A DNA stretch of 64,000 nucleotides from an uncultured Acidobacteriota bacterium (lineage in GTDB: Bacteria > Acidobacteriota > Thermoanaerobaculia > Gp7-AA8). The notes below the pieces were generated by a model. The model did no database searches. It was given only the letters and a program-made list of their open reading frames with translations, and had not been told where the DNA came from. Made by a program: the position numbers and the translations under genes. The stretch covers positions 192,001 to 256,000 of the forward strand of contig CAVUKB010000010.1 in NCBI GenBank assembly GCA_963741955.1. The letters are read 5' to 3'. Shown here piece by piece: positions 1-12,554 of this stretch (positions are counted from its first letter, which is position 1; the number at the start of each line of letters is the position of its first letter).

Positions 1-984
1 GCTGACCAGCCACCCCAGCGAGGCGAAGGCGTGACGAGGGGCGGTCAACATCGTTCGTAACTGCAGGAAGGGGGAGATGTGAGCCTCGGGAGCCGCGGCG
101 GTCAGGTCCGATCTGGCCAGGAGCACGAAAATACTCACTCCGATCATCGTGACAGCACCGATCAGCGTGAAGACGGTCGACCGCTTCCAGCGAACGGTGA
201 ATGCGGCGGGTGGAAGGAGGACGAGTGCTCCGACCAAAGGGACGTAATGGATGCGCTCCGATCCGATCAGGAACGCGAGGAGTCCCAGAGCCAGAACGTC
301 GGTTCGCGAGATGGCAATGGCGTTCTCTCGAATTCTCAGGATCAAGGCCAGAAAGAGGAAAGCCGATCCAATGATGATTCCGTCGGGGCCGGTGGACGAC
401 AAGAGATAGGAAGTCATCGGCAGGAGCGCGACGAACGCGAACAGCCACCGGCCACTTCGACTGATCTCCATCGCCAGGAAGATCAACGACGAAGCGATGA
501 GCAGATTCGCAAGTCGTGCGACGTAGAAAATCACGAATACGGGGGGGGTGAACAGACGCGCAATGGCGATGGCCAGGGATTGGGGAATGTAGGCGAAGGG
601 GGCGATCGAGACCGCGCTGGACACGATCGGGTCCGATCGAACCGGCCCTGGCGTCGGAACGAAGACGTCAAGGCTCGACGGCGCCGAAACTGAGAGGGCG
701 AGGTTGCACTGATCGTACGAGAGCTTTCGGTCCCGATGAGTCGGAATGCCATCCGTCATGAGGCGTGCGAAGCGGAGCACCTCGATAGGTACCCGTTCCC
801 CCCTTACGCCATCGCGAACCGTCCCGGAAAATCGGCCTCGCGAAATCGCGTACGCATGGAAGAAATGAGCAGGTTCGTCGGGAGCTTCGAAGGGGGGATT
901 GAGTAGACAGAAGGTGAGTGCGCTGAGGAGGATGAGAGCCTGCGCAAAACGAAGAGTGATCCGTGATCGTTCGTCCGGATTCAT
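1..984 (-). CDS. DUF2142-like multi-TM membrane protein (GT-C-like), 3' end beyond window
   Basis: Not in the ORF track. Manual translation from ATG 984 (ATGA overlap with the stop of the upstream gene) is open to position 1: NPPFEAPDEPAHFFHAY ... YIPQSLAIAIARL ... YVARLANLL ... LLPM ... LGWL, typical DUF2142 motifs. Confidence 0.8.
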   Translation of the reverse strand, partial: MNPDERSRITLRFAQALILLSALTFCLLNPPFEAPDEPAHFFHAYAISRGRFSGTVRDGVRGERVPIEVLRFARLMTDGIPTHRDRKLSYDQCNLALSVSAPSSLDVFVPTPGPVRSDPIVSSAVSIAPFAYIPQSLAIAIARLFTPPVFVIFYVARLANLLIASSLIFLAMEISRSGRWLFAFVALLPMTSYLLSSTGPDGIIIGSAFLFLALILRIRENAIAISRTDVLALGLLAFLIGSERIHYVPLVGALVLLPPAAFTVRWKRSTVFTLIGAVTMIGVSIFVLLARSDLTAAAPEAHISPFLQLRTMLTAPRHAFASLGWLVS

Positions 985-2315
985 CGATCGGCTCCGGACC
1001 CGGGAAGCGACGGCGGAGTCGCAGTTCGATCACGCGATCCTGCGGGGATCAGCTTCAACCTCTCTCCGATCGCCGTGTCGCCGATGCGAGCCACCAGCTG
1101 TTGCAGCAGTTCGCCCCAGCCGAACCCGGCGACGATTGCGAGGGGAGGGATCAAGGGAAGAAGATATCGAGACCATGGCAGCGGAAGCCAGAGCCAGAGT
1201 GTCACGCAAATGCTGCCGCTCCAGACCGAAAGAAGCGCGAGATTGTCTCGTCGAGCCGTTCCGCCGGGCAGCCAGGCCAGGCCCGCGAGAAGAAGCCCGA
1301 AGAGGAGGAAAATCCCGGACCAGTCTCCGAAGAGGTATTCGAAAGAGAATCGCACCTTTCTCCGCATCGTGAACGGAGGATTCTTCCGGATCTCTCGCTG
1401 AAGAAGCAGGCCGAGATCCTGGATCTGCAGTTCGTATCGGTGCGCGATCCTCGACGGAAGGGACGTACGGGTACGAAACTCCGGTGGAACGCCGTCGGCA
1501 GGGTGAGCCGTCGTCCAGTAGTAAGGATTGATCGCCGTCCCGACGACCAGCGTCACCGCGAAGCTCGTCATCATCGCGACCACCAGAAGTCGATCACGTC
1601 TCCTGATCCAGAGCACGAAGAGCACTGCGACCGTAGCCACGGTAGACGTGAGTCCGGAGAGCCGGATTTGAAACGCCGCCGCGCCGACCGAGCCGGCGAC
1701 GAGTGCCAGGAGAAGCGTGATGATTCTCGATCTCCGACGATGCCACAGCAGTGCGATCGGTGCGATGGTTGCGGTGACGAAGAGCGTGAGAAGCGGATCA
1801 TAAACCGCCATCCGCGCGAACGTCACGGTCAGGAACGAAGTGGCGTAGAGCAAAGTTGCCACGATCGACGCTGCGAGACCGTGCTCCAGTAGAGAAACGT
1901 ATGCGACGAGAGCCGCGATCAACGCCGTGGCGATCAGAGAGACCCATCGGTCGGCGATCAGGGTCGGCCTCAATTCGTCCCCCCAGGGCGGACGCAATCG
2001 CTGGCCAAGGTCTCCCTCCGGCTTCTCGACTCTGATCCCGAGAGTGGGTGGAATCGGGGATCCCGAGGCGAGAGCGGCGAATCCGAACAGGTACTTCCCG
2101 GCCGGTGGATTCGTCCGGTCGACGATGTGACGCAGCCAGGCAGGGTCATGGAGCTTCCCCTCGAGTACGAGTCGCAGGAAGTACGTGTCCGCAACCTTGT
2201 GAGCCTCGTCGACTCCATAGTCATCCCAATGACCTTCACCGGGGACGAGTGCGAAGAGCGTCGCGACGAAGACCAGGATCGCGATCACCACTCCGAACAG
2301 ACGTTTTCTGGACAC
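981..2315 (-). CDS. Phospholipid carrier-dependent (GT-C/PMT-like) glycosyltransferase
   Basis: 444 aa, many TM segments, acidic DE motif in the first loop (GVDEAH), NPPAGKYLFG, RMAVYD, RYLLPLIP. Confidence 0.7.
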   Translation of the reverse strand: MSRKRLFGVVIAILVFVATLFALVPGEGHWDDYGVDEAHKVADTYFLRLVLEGKLHDPAWLRHIVDRTNPPAGKYLFGFAALASGSPIPPTLGIRVEKPEGDLGQRLRPPWGDELRPTLIADRWVSLIATALIAALVAYVSLLEHGLAASIVATLLYATSFLTVTFARMAVYDPLLTLFVTATIAPIALLWHRRRSRIITLLLALVAGSVGAAAFQIRLSGLTSTVATVAVLFVLWIRRRDRLLVVAMMTSFAVTLVVGTAINPYYWTTAHPADGVPPEFRTRTSLPSRIAHRYELQIQDLGLLLQREIRKNPPFTMRRKVRFSFEYLFGDWSGIFLLFGLLLAGLAWLPGGTARRDNLALLSVWSGSICVTLWLWLPLPWSRYLLPLIPPLAIVAGFGWGELLQQLVARIGDTAIGERLKLIPAGSRDRTATPPSLPGSGADR

Positions 2316-2414
2316 GGGCGAATCTTAGCGCAGCGCCGGTGCGAACGTCATTGAGGGAGGGTTCTGCCGATCCGCAGGCCGCGATCAGTTTGTTTCGATT
2401 TAGAATGTCCGCTC

Positions 2415-4193
2415 ATGACTCCGGAAGACGTTCGAAGGCAAGCGGTCCCCGCACCCCTCGCTCGTACCGACCACCAGGCAGACCTCACGCAGCCAACTCG
2501 AGCCCAGATGTGGCGCGAAAGGGCGGGGCTGTTCGCTATTTTCGGCCTGTCGATGGCGGTGGTGGACCCGAGGGGCAGCTTCCCGCTCTGCGACGACTGG
2601 AACTTCGCGCTGGCGACGTGGCATTTCGCCCGGACGGGATCCTTCGTCTTCTCGCGATACACCGCCATGAGCCTCAGGGCGCAGGCCGTCTGGGGTGCGG
2701 TCTGGACCCTTCTCTTCGGACAGTCCTACGAAGTCCTTCGCTTCTCGACACTGGTGCTCTCGTTCGGGTGTGTTCTCCTTGCCCATGGTCTGTTGCGTCG
2801 CCTGGGGGTTGGGCCGACCGGCCGCATCATCGGCGCTCTCGTGTTCCTTTTCCATCCGATCTTCTTCTGGGCTTCGTACACATACATGACCCACATTCCC
2901 TTCCTTTTCGCGGCACTCCTTGGTGTTTACCTCTTCTACCGGGGGATGACCGAGGATCGCGTCGGTTTCATGATCGGTGGAGGGGTAGCAGTCATGGCGG
3001 CCTACTTCGTTCGTCAGACCGGAGTCGCCGTGGCCGTACCGGCCGTGCTGATGCTGCTCTGGCAGCGCGACCGCCTGGCCCGGAGATGGAAAATCCTCCT
3101 CGTTGGTCCCGTACTCTCGATCGTCGTCTTCGGGCCGCTGTTCCTCTTCACCGATCTTCTCAGCGGGTACCCGCACCAGATCGACATCCATATTCAGGTC
3201 TGGAATCAGGGGCTGCTCCATTCGGTCATCGTTGCTTTTTCCAACGCGATTCACTACACCGCGGTGAGCTTTCAGTATTCGACCCTTTTCGTACTTCCCC
3301 TCACCGTGCTCGTGATCGGACGCGGCCGGATCAATCGGAAGTCGGTTCTGTGGCTTGCGCTCCTCGTGATTCCGTTCCTCTGGGTCGCTTCGGGCCTCGT
3401 CGGAGCCAGGGCCGCCATCCCATGGCCGGGATTGGGCAGCGTTTTCACCAATCTCGGGCTCGGCCCGATGACGCTTCGAGATGTCTGGATCCTCGGGCTT
3501 CCTTACCCGATCCATCTCGGCTATCCCGCCCGCATCGCGGTCACGTACGTCACTGCCGTCGCCGGGACGTTCATGGTGTATCGCCTCGGGAGAGCATTCG
3601 GTCGAGCCTCGTTCGGATTTCAACTCCTGACGCTGCAGTGTGTTCTGGGTCTGGCGGCTCTGGTCCCTTCCGACATCTACTTCGACCGTTACGTCCTCGA
3701 CTCGCTCTGGCCTCTTCCGTTTCTTCTGGTCCTCATCATTCCGCTTGAACGTACACTTGCGAAGGCCATTGCGACGAGTCTCCTCACACTCGTGGCATTC
3801 TTCTCCATCGCGGCCACCCACGACTATCTCGCCTGGAATCGGGCGAGATGGCAGGCGTTTGACCGGCTGCAGTCGGAGGGGGTGACCCTGGCACAGCTGG
3901 AGGGGGGGTACGAGATCAATCAGTACCTGCTGGGCGGGTTCAACGGGACGTGGGACTCGGCAATCGTCGATGACGAGTACATCCTCGCCTTCAATCCCGT
4001 TGAAGGTTATCGAATCGTGTTCGGTGTCCCCTACCGGCGGCTTCTGGGCGGCGGAATGGGAGTAGTTCTGGCCGAGAGAAGGATTGGTCCTTCCCCCCGG
4101 GCCCCTCTCGACGTCAAACGGAAATGGCTGGAGAGCGGGAGACGGGCCGCCGATCCGAACCTGGGCGGAGTGGCTCGGTCGCCATCGGAATAA
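2415..4193 (+). CDS. Glycosyltransferase family 39 / ArnT-like membrane protein
   Basis: 592 aa polytopic protein, FPLCDDWNFA loop motif, YMTHIPF, VRQTG, FDRYVL. Confidence 0.7.
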   Translation: MTPEDVRRQAVPAPLARTDHQADLTQPTRAQMWRERAGLFAIFGLSMAVVDPRGSFPLCDDWNFALATWHFARTGSFVFSRYTAMSLRAQAVWGAVWTLLFGQSYEVLRFSTLVLSFGCVLLAHGLLRRLGVGPTGRIIGALVFLFHPIFFWASYTYMTHIPFLFAALLGVYLFYRGMTEDRVGFMIGGGVAVMAAYFVRQTGVAVAVPAVLMLLWQRDRLARRWKILLVGPVLSIVVFGPLFLFTDLLSGYPHQIDIHIQVWNQGLLHSVIVAFSNAIHYTAVSFQYSTLFVLPLTVLVIGRGRINRKSVLWLALLVIPFLWVASGLVGARAAIPWPGLGSVFTNLGLGPMTLRDVWILGLPYPIHLGYPARIAVTYVTAVAGTFMVYRLGRAFGRASFGFQLLTLQCVLGLAALVPSDIYFDRYVLDSLWPLPFLLVLIIPLERTLAKAIATSLLTLVAFFSIAATHDYLAWNRARWQAFDRLQSEGVTLAQLEGGYEINQYLLGGFNGTWDSAIVDDEYILAFNPVEGYRIVFGVPYRRLLGGGMGVVLAERRIGPSPRAPLDVKRKWLESGRRAADPNLGGVARSPSE

Positions 4194-4229
4194 CCCCCCG
4201 GAACCCCCTGTTGAGCGCGTGGCAAGGGC

Positions 4230-4258
4230 TTGACAAAGGTCAGGTCCAAGGGTAGAGT
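4230..4258 (+). promoter_or_regulatory. Sigma70-type promoter of the str/S10 operon
   Basis: TTGACA-17 nt-TAGAGT upstream of rpsL. Confidence 0.75.
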
Positions 4259-4322
4259 GCGCCGGTTTCCCCCAAGCGGGGATTTTCTGGCCGTTTGTTC
4301 GAGAAACAGAGGAAAACCAGGA

Positions 4323-4697
4323 ATGCCAACGATAAACCAGCTCGTGGCACGAGGCCGCGAGACACTCAACCAGAAGACGAAGTCACCGGCTCTTCAGTCG
4401 AGCCCGCAGCGCCGCGGAGTCTGCACGCGCGTGTACACGACGACCCCGAAGAAGCCGAACTCGGCTCTCCGGAAAGTTGCTCGCGTCCGGCTCACGAACG
4501 GAATCGAAGTCACGACATACATCCCGGGCGTCGGGCACAACCTCCAGGAGCACTCGATCGTGCTGATCCGCGGAGGCCGTGTGAAGGACCTCCCGGGAGT
4601 GCGATACCACGTGATCCGTGGCACTCTGGACGCGGTCGGCGTAGCGAGCCGCAAGCAGGGGCGAAGCAAGTACGGTGCGAAACGGCCCAAGGCCTGA
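4323..4697 (+). CDS. rpsL: 30S ribosomal protein S12
   Basis: [27 protein letters not shown]; start trimmed to ATG 4323. Confidence 0.99.
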   Translation: MPTINQLVARGRETLNQKTKSPALQSSPQRRGVCTRVYTTTPKKPNSALRKVARVRLTNGIEVTTYIPGVGHNLQEHSIVLIRGGRVKDLPGVRYHVIRGTLDAVGVASRKQGRSKYGAKRPKA

Positions 4698-4719
4698 TTC
4701 GAAGGAAATCTGAGATCCC

Positions 4720-5190
4720 ATGCCGAGAAGACGTGAAATTCCGAAGCGAGAAGTTCTGCCTGATCCGCTGTACAACAGCCAGCTGGTGACGAAGTTCATC
4801 AACGTGCTGATGATCCAGGGGAAGAAATCGACTGCCGAACGGATTTTCTATGGAGCCCTGCGGAAGGTCGAGCAGCGCGCGAATGACGACGCGCTCAAGG
4901 TCTTCAAGCGGGCTGTGGAGAACGTGAAGCCGACGCTCGAGGTCAAGAGCCGCCGCGTGGGCGGTTCGAATTACCAGGTGCCGATCGAAGTCCGTCCGTC
5001 GCGACGGAATTCGCTCGCCATCCGCTGGCTGATCGCATTCGCGAAGAGCCGCGGCGAGAAGACGATGCAGGACAAGCTTGCGGGCGAACTGCTCGATGCG
5101 GCGAACAATCGCGGAAACGCGATCAAGAAGAAGGAAGACACGCACCGGATGGCCGAAGCCAATAAGGCTTTCGCTCATTACCGGTGGTAG
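4720..5190 (+). CDS. rpsG: 30S ribosomal protein S7
   Basis: [29 protein letters not shown]. Confidence 0.99.
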   Translation: MPRRREIPKREVLPDPLYNSQLVTKFINVLMIQGKKSTAERIFYGALRKVEQRANDDALKVFKRAVENVKPTLEVKSRRVGGSNYQVPIEVRPSRRNSLAIRWLIAFAKSRGEKTMQDKLAGELLDAANNRGNAIKKKEDTHRMAEANKAFAHYRW

Positions 5191-5498
5191 TTGATGTGGC
5201 GGTCGCGCCTCCGAGCGGGACCGTTCGGAGCGCAGCGGCGCTCCACCGAAGTTGAAACCCCACCCGTAGCTCCGTCTCGGATCGGATAACACGGGGCCCT
5301 GGCCCCGCGGTTCCGGAACCGAGCAACGGGAAAATGAAGTGAACTCAAGAGGAATTCGCCCGGCGGGTATCGTGCGTCGGGCGGCGACGTCCGGCGCATG
5401 CGCCGGACGGTTCGTGGTGCGGCTCTCTCGCGGCCGTCGGCCCCCTGGTCGGCAGCCGGAAGCGTGCCGCTCCTGGATGTGGTTCGAGGAAAACGTAC

Positions 5499-7577
5499 AT
5501 GGCCCGTTTGGTACCGCTCGAGAAGCAAAGAAACATCGGAATCATGGCTCACATCGACGCCGGTAAGACGACGACGACCGAGCGGATTCTCTATTACACC
5601 GGCATCACCCATAAGATCGGTGAGGTCCACGACGGAACTGCGACCATGGACTGGATGGTTCAGGAGCAGGAGCGCGGTATCACCATCACGTCGGCGGCGA
5701 CCACGGCATTTTGGGGCGAGTACCGCATCAACATCATCGACACGCCCGGCCACGTCGATTTCACGGCCGAGGTCGAGCGTTCTCTCCGTGTCCTCGACGG
5801 CGCTGTCGCCGTTTTCTGTGCCGTAGGTGGAGTCGAGCCGCAGTCCGAGACGGTCTGGCGTCAGGCTGACCGCTACGGAGTTCCCCGCATCGCCTTCATC
5901 AACAAGATGGACCGCGTGGGCGCGAACTTCGAATCGGGAGTGAACCAGATCCGCACCAAGCTGGGCGCCAACCCCGTACCGATCCAGTACCCGATCGGGG
6001 CAGAAGACACATTCAAGGGCGTGATCGACCTGGTCCGGATGAAGGCGCTCCTCTTCCACGACGAGACCCTCGGGTCGAAGTACGACATCGACGAGATTCC
6101 GGCCGACCTCCGCGAGCAAGCGGAGCACTTTCGCGAGAAGATGCTCGAGGCCGTCGCGGAACAGCACGACGAGCTTCTCGAGAAATATCTCAGCGGTGAG
6201 ACGATCGAAGAGCACGAGATCAAGCGTGCCCTGCGCGAAGCCACCATCTCCAACAGGATCACTCCCGTCCTCTGTGGGACGGCATTCAAGAACAAGGGGG
6301 TCCAGCCGCTGCTCGACGCGGTGGTGGACTACTGCCCGTCGCCGATGGACATTCCTCCGATTCAGGGGACGGACCCCGACACGGAGGAGCCCGACGAACG
6401 GAAAGCGAGCGACGAGGATCCGTTCTCCGCGCTCGTGTTCAAGATCATGACCGATCCCTTCGTGGGCCAGCTCGCGTTTTTCCGCGTCTACTCGGGCCAC
6501 ATCGAGTCGGGAACGGCGGTCTTCAATTCGACCAAGGGAACGACCGAGCGGATCGGGCGACTTCTGAAGATGCACGCGAACAAGCGTGAAGAGATCAAGG
6601 AAGTATGGGCCGGCGACATTGCGGCCGCGGTCGGACTGAAGAACGTCATCACCGGCGACACCATCTGCGACAAGCAGAAGCCGATCCTCCTGATGTCGAT
6701 GAACTTTCCGGAGCCGGTCATCGCGGTCGCCATCGAGCCGAAGACCAAAGCGGACCAGGAAAAGATGGGCATGGCGCTCGCCAAGCTCATGCAGGAAGAT
6801 CCGACTTTCAAGGTCCACACCGATCCGGAGACCAACCAGACCATCATCCGCGGAATGGGCGAGCTCCATCTGGAGATCATCGTCGACCGCATGGTTCGGG
6901 AATTCAACGTCGCGGCGAACGTCGGGAAGCCGCAGGTCGCATACCGCGAAGCGATCACCCGCCACTCGGAGGCCGAAGGGAAGTTCGTCCGGCAGTCCGG
7001 CGGTAAGGGTCAGTACGGACACGTGAAGATGCGGTTCGAGCCGCTCAAGGACGGCAAGGACTTCGAGTTCGTCAACGACATCGTCGGCGGCTCGGTTCCG
7101 CGCGAATTCATCAAGCCGGTGGAGCAGGGCATCCGCGAGGCCATGGAAAAAGGAATCCTCGCCGGGTATCCGATGACCGGAATCCGGGCCACGCTGTACG
7201 ACGGTTCCTACCACGACGTCGACTCCTCGGAGATGGCGTTCAAGATCGCCGGCTCGATGGCGTACCAGGAAGGGGCGAAGCGCGCCCATCCGATTCTTCT
7301 CGAGCCGATCATGGACGTCGAGGTGGTCACGCCGGAGGAATTCGCTGGCGACATCATGGGCGACCTGAGCCGCCGGCGCGGAAAGATCCAGCAGATGGAG
7401 GACCGCGGCGGAGCGAAAGCGATCCGGGCCATGGTGCCACTCTCGGAGATGTTCGGGTATGCGACCCAGCTCCGGTCGAACAGCCAGGGCCGCGCGAGCT
7501 ACACCATGCAGTTCCATGCCTACGAGCCGGCGCCGAAGACGGTCGCCGAAGAGGTGATCGCGAAGGTCGCGGGATGA
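5499..7577 (+). CDS. fusA: Elongation factor G
   Basis: [33 protein letters not shown]. Confidence 0.99.
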   Translation: MARLVPLEKQRNIGIMAHIDAGKTTTTERILYYTGITHKIGEVHDGTATMDWMVQEQERGITITSAATTAFWGEYRINIIDTPGHVDFTAEVERSLRVLDGAVAVFCAVGGVEPQSETVWRQADRYGVPRIAFINKMDRVGANFESGVNQIRTKLGANPVPIQYPIGAEDTFKGVIDLVRMKALLFHDETLGSKYDIDEIPADLREQAEHFREKMLEAVAEQHDELLEKYLSGETIEEHEIKRALREATISNRITPVLCGTAFKNKGVQPLLDAVVDYCPSPMDIPPIQGTDPDTEEPDERKASDEDPFSALVFKIMTDPFVGQLAFFRVYSGHIESGTAVFNSTKGTTERIGRLLKMHANKREEIKEVWAGDIAAAVGLKNVITGDTICDKQKPILLMSMNFPEPVIAVAIEPKTKADQEKMGMALAKLMQEDPTFKVHTDPETNQTIIRGMGELHLEIIVDRMVREFNVAANVGKPQVAYREAITRHSEAEGKFVRQSGGKGQYGHVKMRFEPLKDGKDFEFVNDIVGGSVPREFIKPVEQGIREAMEKGILAGYPMTGIRATLYDGSYHDVDSSEMAFKIAGSMAYQEGAKRAHPILLEPIMDVEVVTPEEFAGDIMGDLSRRRGKIQQMEDRGGAKAIRAMVPLSEMFGYATQLRSNSQGRASYTMQFHAYEPAPKTVAEEVIAKVAG

Positions 7578-7714
7578 CGCTGGGAGCGCATTCCGGACCG
7601 GCGAGATATTTACGAAAGAGCTGAATATCGGGTTCGAACGGGAATCCGAAAGAAACGAAATCAAGAGAGACGCGAGTCGCGAAAAGCGAACAGCCAACAG
7701 GAGGTAGCGCTCAA

Positions 7715-8908
<1,194 letters not shown>

Positions 8909-8920
8909 ATCGAACCCGAT

Positions 8921-8948
8921 GAGAGGGACGCCCGGTGGCGTCCCTCTC
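8921..8948 (+). other. Perfect 12-bp hairpin after tuf with no U tail (possible mRNA stabiliser or pause site)
   Basis: GAGAGGGACGCC-CGGT-GGCGTCCCTCTC. Confidence 0.7.
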
Positions 8949-8994
8949 CGTTCGACGAGCAGCAACGCGGCAGCTTGACCATGAAGGTTGGTGC

Positions 8995-9312
8995 ATGATG
9001 AATGAAAAGATCCGGATCAGATTGAAAGCTTACGACTATCGCGTCCTGGACCAGTCGACCTCGGAGATCGTCGACACGGCCAAGCGTACGGGCGCGAAAG
9101 TCGCTGGCCCGATTCCGCTGCCGACGCAGGTGTCACGTTACACGGTTCTGCGAAGCCCGCACGTGGACAAGAAGTCGCGTGAGCAGTTCGAAATGCGGAC
9201 GCACAAGAGGCTGGTCGATATTCTCGAGCCGACGACCCAGACGGTCGACGCGCTGATGAAGCTCGAACTCCCTGCCGGCGTCGACGTCGAGATCAAGGCA
9301 TTCGGAAAGTAG
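8995..9312 (+). CDS. rpsJ: 30S ribosomal protein S10
   Basis: [31 protein letters not shown]; start 8995 or 8998. Confidence 0.98.
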   Translation: MMNEKIRIRLKAYDYRVLDQSTSEIVDTAKRTGAKVAGPIPLPTQVSRYTVLRSPHVDKKSREQFEMRTHKRLVDILEPTTQTVDALMKLELPAGVDVEIKAFGK

Positions 9313-9392
9313 TCTCGACGCGCGGCCCGGGAGCAGGGCCCTGATCTGCTCACAAAGGATGCGGTCCGCCGCGTCCCGTGAAGGTGAACGAA

Positions 9393-10031
9393 ATGATTGA
9401 AGGACTGATTGGCAGGAAAGTCGGGATGACCCAGATCTTCGCAGAAGACGGGTCCATCGTCCCGGTGACCGTGGTTCAGGCGGGACCCTGTCTCGTCGTG
9501 CAGAAGAAGACCTCGGAGCGCGACGGTTATGACGCCGTCCAGCTCGGACTGGTCGAGAAGGTGTCGAACCGGCGCATGAACGCGCCGCTTCGAGGGCACC
9601 TCGAGAAGGCGGGAGCGCCGGCGACCCGGACCCTGGTGGAATTCGACTATGAAGGCGACGCCAACGTGGGCGATCGCATTCAGGTGGACATCTTCCAGCC
9701 CGGCGATTCGATCGACGTGATCGGGCGCTCGAAGGGTAAAGGGTTCCAGGGCGTGATGAAGCGGCACGGATTCGGCGGAGGCCGCGCGACCCATGGTTCG
9801 ATGTTCCACCGCGCCCCCGGCTCCATCGGTGCCTCGGCCTATCCCTCCCGGGTCATGAAGGGAATGCGCATGGGCGGCCGCATGGGTGGTGCGCAGGTCA
9901 CGGTGAAGAACCTTCGGGTCACCAAGATCGATCCGGAGAACAACCTGATCTACATCCGGGGAGCGATTCCGGGCGGCCGAAACGCGCTGGTCGTGATTCG
10001 CCGCTCCGGCAACGGAAGGCAGGGTGAGTGA
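9393..10031 (+). CDS. rplC: 50S ribosomal protein L3
   Basis: [31 protein letters not shown]. Confidence 0.98.
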   Translation: MIEGLIGRKVGMTQIFAEDGSIVPVTVVQAGPCLVVQKKTSERDGYDAVQLGLVEKVSNRRMNAPLRGHLEKAGAPATRTLVEFDYEGDANVGDRIQVDIFQPGDSIDVIGRSKGKGFQGVMKRHGFGGGRATHGSMFHRAPGSIGASAYPSRVMKGMRMGGRMGGAQVTVKNLRVTKIDPENNLIYIRGAIPGGRNALVVIRRSGNGRQGE

Positions 10032-10033
10032 TC

Positions 10034-10660
10034 ATGCCGACGATTGAAATCAAAGATCTGACGAACAAGACGGTCGGTTCGATCGAGCTCCCCGACGAGC
10101 TCTTCGGGTATCCCTACAAGGAGCATCTCGTCCACGAAGCGGTGAGGAACTACCTCGCCGGAATCCGTGCCGGGACTCACAAGGTGAAGAACCGCTCGGA
10201 AGTGTCCGGCTCGGGCAAGAAGCCTTACCGGCAGAAGGGAACCGGCCGCGCCCGTCAGGGTGGAAACCGTCCTCCGATCCACCGCCACGGCGGAACGGTC
10301 TTCGGGCCGGTGCCTCGCGACTATTCGTACAAGATGAACGTCCGCGAGAAGAAGAACGCCCTCAAGTCGGCCCTCTCTTCGAAGCTTCGCGACGGACGGA
10401 TCGTGCTGGTGGATCAGCTCAGCCTCGAAGAGCCGAAGACCCGCGCACTGGTCGAGACGTTCGGCCGGATGGGCGTCGACGGCAAGACGCTGATCGTCGA
10501 TTCGCTCGAGAACGTGAACGTGACCCTCGCCTCGAGGAACAACCCGAAGCTGCGGATGGTGGATCCGCTCAACGTGAACGTGTACGACGTGGTCAACAGT
10601 CAGTTCGTCGTGTTCACCCAGTCGTCTCTGCAGCGGCTCACGGAGGTGCTCGGATCATGA
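10034..10660 (+). CDS. rplD: 50S ribosomal protein L4
   Basis: RSEVSGSGKKPYRQKGTGRARQG. Confidence 0.98.
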   Translation: MPTIEIKDLTNKTVGSIELPDELFGYPYKEHLVHEAVRNYLAGIRAGTHKVKNRSEVSGSGKKPYRQKGTGRARQGGNRPPIHRHGGTVFGPVPRDYSYKMNVREKKNALKSALSSKLRDGRIVLVDQLSLEEPKTRALVETFGRMGVDGKTLIVDSLENVNVTLASRNNPKLRMVDPLNVNVYDVVNSQFVVFTQSSLQRLTEVLGS

Positions 10661-10950
10661 ACAGCCATGAAATCATCCGCCGCCCGCTGGTGACGGAAAA
10701 GACCACCATGATCCGGGAGAAGGATCAGAACGTCATCGTGTTCGAAGTGGACGTCCGCGCCAACAAGATCGACGTGAGGCGCGCCGTCGAAGAGCTTTTC
10801 AAGGTCAAAGTCGAAGACGTCCGGCTGTTCAACGTCCGCGGAAAGATGAAGCGGATGGGCCGGAACGTCGGGAAGCGCCGTGACTGGCGGAAAGCCTACG
10901 TCACGCTCGGAGCGGGAGAGAAAGCCCCCGATTTCTTCGAAGGCGTGTAA
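10657..10950 (+). CDS. rplW: 50S ribosomal protein L23
   Basis: PLVTEK, ANKIDV, WRKAYVTL. Confidence 0.97.
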   Translation: MNSHEIIRRPLVTEKTTMIREKDQNVIVFEVDVRANKIDVRRAVEELFKVKVEDVRLFNVRGKMKRMGRNVGKRRDWRKAYVTLGAGEKAPDFFEGV

Positions 10951-10980
10951 TCCAATCAGGCGAAAAACGAAGAGGACATT

Positions 10981-11808
10981 ATGCCTGTCAAGAATTACAA
11001 ACCGACTTCCCCGGGCATCCGGTACGTCACGCATCAGTCGTTCGATGAGCTGACGAAGACCACGCCCGAGAAGTCGCTCACCAAAGGGAAGATGAAGACC
11101 GGCGGCCGGAACAGCGCCGGCCGGATCACCTCGCGATTCATCGGCGGGGGCCACAAGCAGCGTTACCGGCAGATCGACTTCCGGCGCGAGAAGCATGGCG
11201 TGCCGGGTAAAGTCGCCGCGATCGAATACGATCCGAACCGGAGCGCGAACATCGCCCTGATCCATTACCTCGACGGCGAGAAGCGCTACATCCTCGCTCC
11301 GAACGGTCTGACCGTCGGCCAGCAGATTCTCGCCGGCCCCGAAGCGGACATCCTGGTCGGCAACGCCCTTCCGCTGTCGAATATCCCGGTCGGTACCACG
11401 GTTCACAACATCGAGCTGAAGGAAGGAAAGGGCGGTCAGCTCGCCCGATCCGCCGGCGCGATGGCGCAGCTGATGGCGCGTGAGGACGAGTGGGCGCTGC
11501 TGCGGCTTCCTTCGGGCGAGATCCGCAAAGTGCACGTCCGCTGTTACGCGACGATCGGACAGGTGGGTAATCTCGAACACGAGAACGTCTCGATCGGTAA
11601 GGCGGGGCGGACCCGGCACCTCGGCAAGCGGCCTCACAACCGCGGCGTCTCGATGAACCCGGTCGATCATCCGCTCGGCGGAGGTGAAGGTAAGACCTCC
11701 GGTGGCCGCCATCCGGTGACCCCGTGGGGTAAGCCCACCAAGGGTTACAAGACGCGCAAGAACAAACAGACGACGAAGTTCATCGTCAAGCGCAGGGGCA
11801 AGAAGTAA
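10981..11808 (+). CDS. rplB: 50S ribosomal protein L2
   Basis: [22 protein letters not shown]. Confidence 0.99.
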   Translation: MPVKNYKPTSPGIRYVTHQSFDELTKTTPEKSLTKGKMKTGGRNSAGRITSRFIGGGHKQRYRQIDFRREKHGVPGKVAAIEYDPNRSANIALIHYLDGEKRYILAPNGLTVGQQILAGPEADILVGNALPLSNIPVGTTVHNIELKEGKGGQLARSAGAMAQLMAREDEWALLRLPSGEIRKVHVRCYATIGQVGNLEHENVSIGKAGRTRHLGKRPHNRGVSMNPVDHPLGGGEGKTSGGRHPVTPWGKPTKGYKTRKNKQTTKFIVKRRGKK

Positions 11809-11829
11809 GAGAGGACGGAGAAACAGGCT

Positions 11830-12117
11830 ATGGCACGTTCCATCAAAAAAGGTCCGTTCATCGATGACCACCTCACTCGCAAGGTCGAAGAGATGAATCG
11901 GCAGCGTGAAAAGAAGGTCATCAAGACCTGGTCCCGTCGCTCGACGATCATTCCGGACATGGTCGGCCACACCATCGCGGTGCACAACGGCAGGAAGTTC
12001 ATCCCGGTGTACATCGCGGAGAACATGGTCGGACACAAGCTCGGGGAGTTCGCCCTGACCCGCACGTTCAAAGGACACAGCGGGAAGAAGGCCGAGAAAT
12101 CGGCCAGGCCGCGGTAA
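11830..12117 (+). CDS. rpsS: 30S ribosomal protein S19
   Basis: [21 protein letters not shown]. Confidence 0.99.
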   Translation: MARSIKKGPFIDDHLTRKVEEMNRQREKKVIKTWSRRSTIIPDMVGHTIAVHNGRKFIPVYIAENMVGHKLGEFALTRTFKGHSGKKAEKSARPR

Positions 12118-12150
12118 CCGGACGAAGCGCCACTACAGGAGAATCACGAA

Positions 12151-12543
12151 ATGGAAGCGAAAGCACAACTTCGATACCTGGGCGCGTCGCCGCAGAAGGT
12201 GCGGCTCGTGGTCGACATGGTTCGGGGGCGGAAGGTCGAGGAAGCGATCGAGATCCTCCGCTTCACCCCCAAGAGCTGCGCGCGCGATCTGGAGAAGCTT
12301 CTCCGTTCCGCGGTCGCCAACGCCGAGAACTCCGAGAGCGGGGTCGACGTCGACGAGCTGGTCGTTTCGAAGATCTACGTGAATGAAGGGCCGCGCGAGA
12401 AACGCATCCAACCGGCGCCAATGGGTCGCGCTTTCCGGGTGCTCAAGCGCAAATCGCACGTGACGGTGCATCTGTCGGACGAAGTGACTCCGATCGGAGC
12501 GCGTAAAGAAGGCGGCCGCAAGAGCAGCCGGGCGAAGAAATAA
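12151..12543 (+). CDS. rplV: 50S ribosomal protein L22
   Basis: [15 protein letters not shown], position in the S10 operon. Confidence 0.97.
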   Translation: MEAKAQLRYLGASPQKVRLVVDMVRGRKVEEAIEILRFTPKSCARDLEKLLRSAVANAENSESGVDVDELVVSKIYVNEGPREKRIQPAPMGRAFRVLKRKSHVTVHLSDEVTPIGARKEGGRKSSRAKK

Positions 12544-12554
12544 CGGAGGCTACG

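Noticed and set aside
61-80. Possible frameshift at a G run in the DUF2142-like gene
   Set aside because: Recounting shows five G and the LGWL motif stays in frame.
79-693. 204-aa plus-strand ORF
   Set aside because: Antisense shadow of the DUF2142-like gene; no recognisable motifs.
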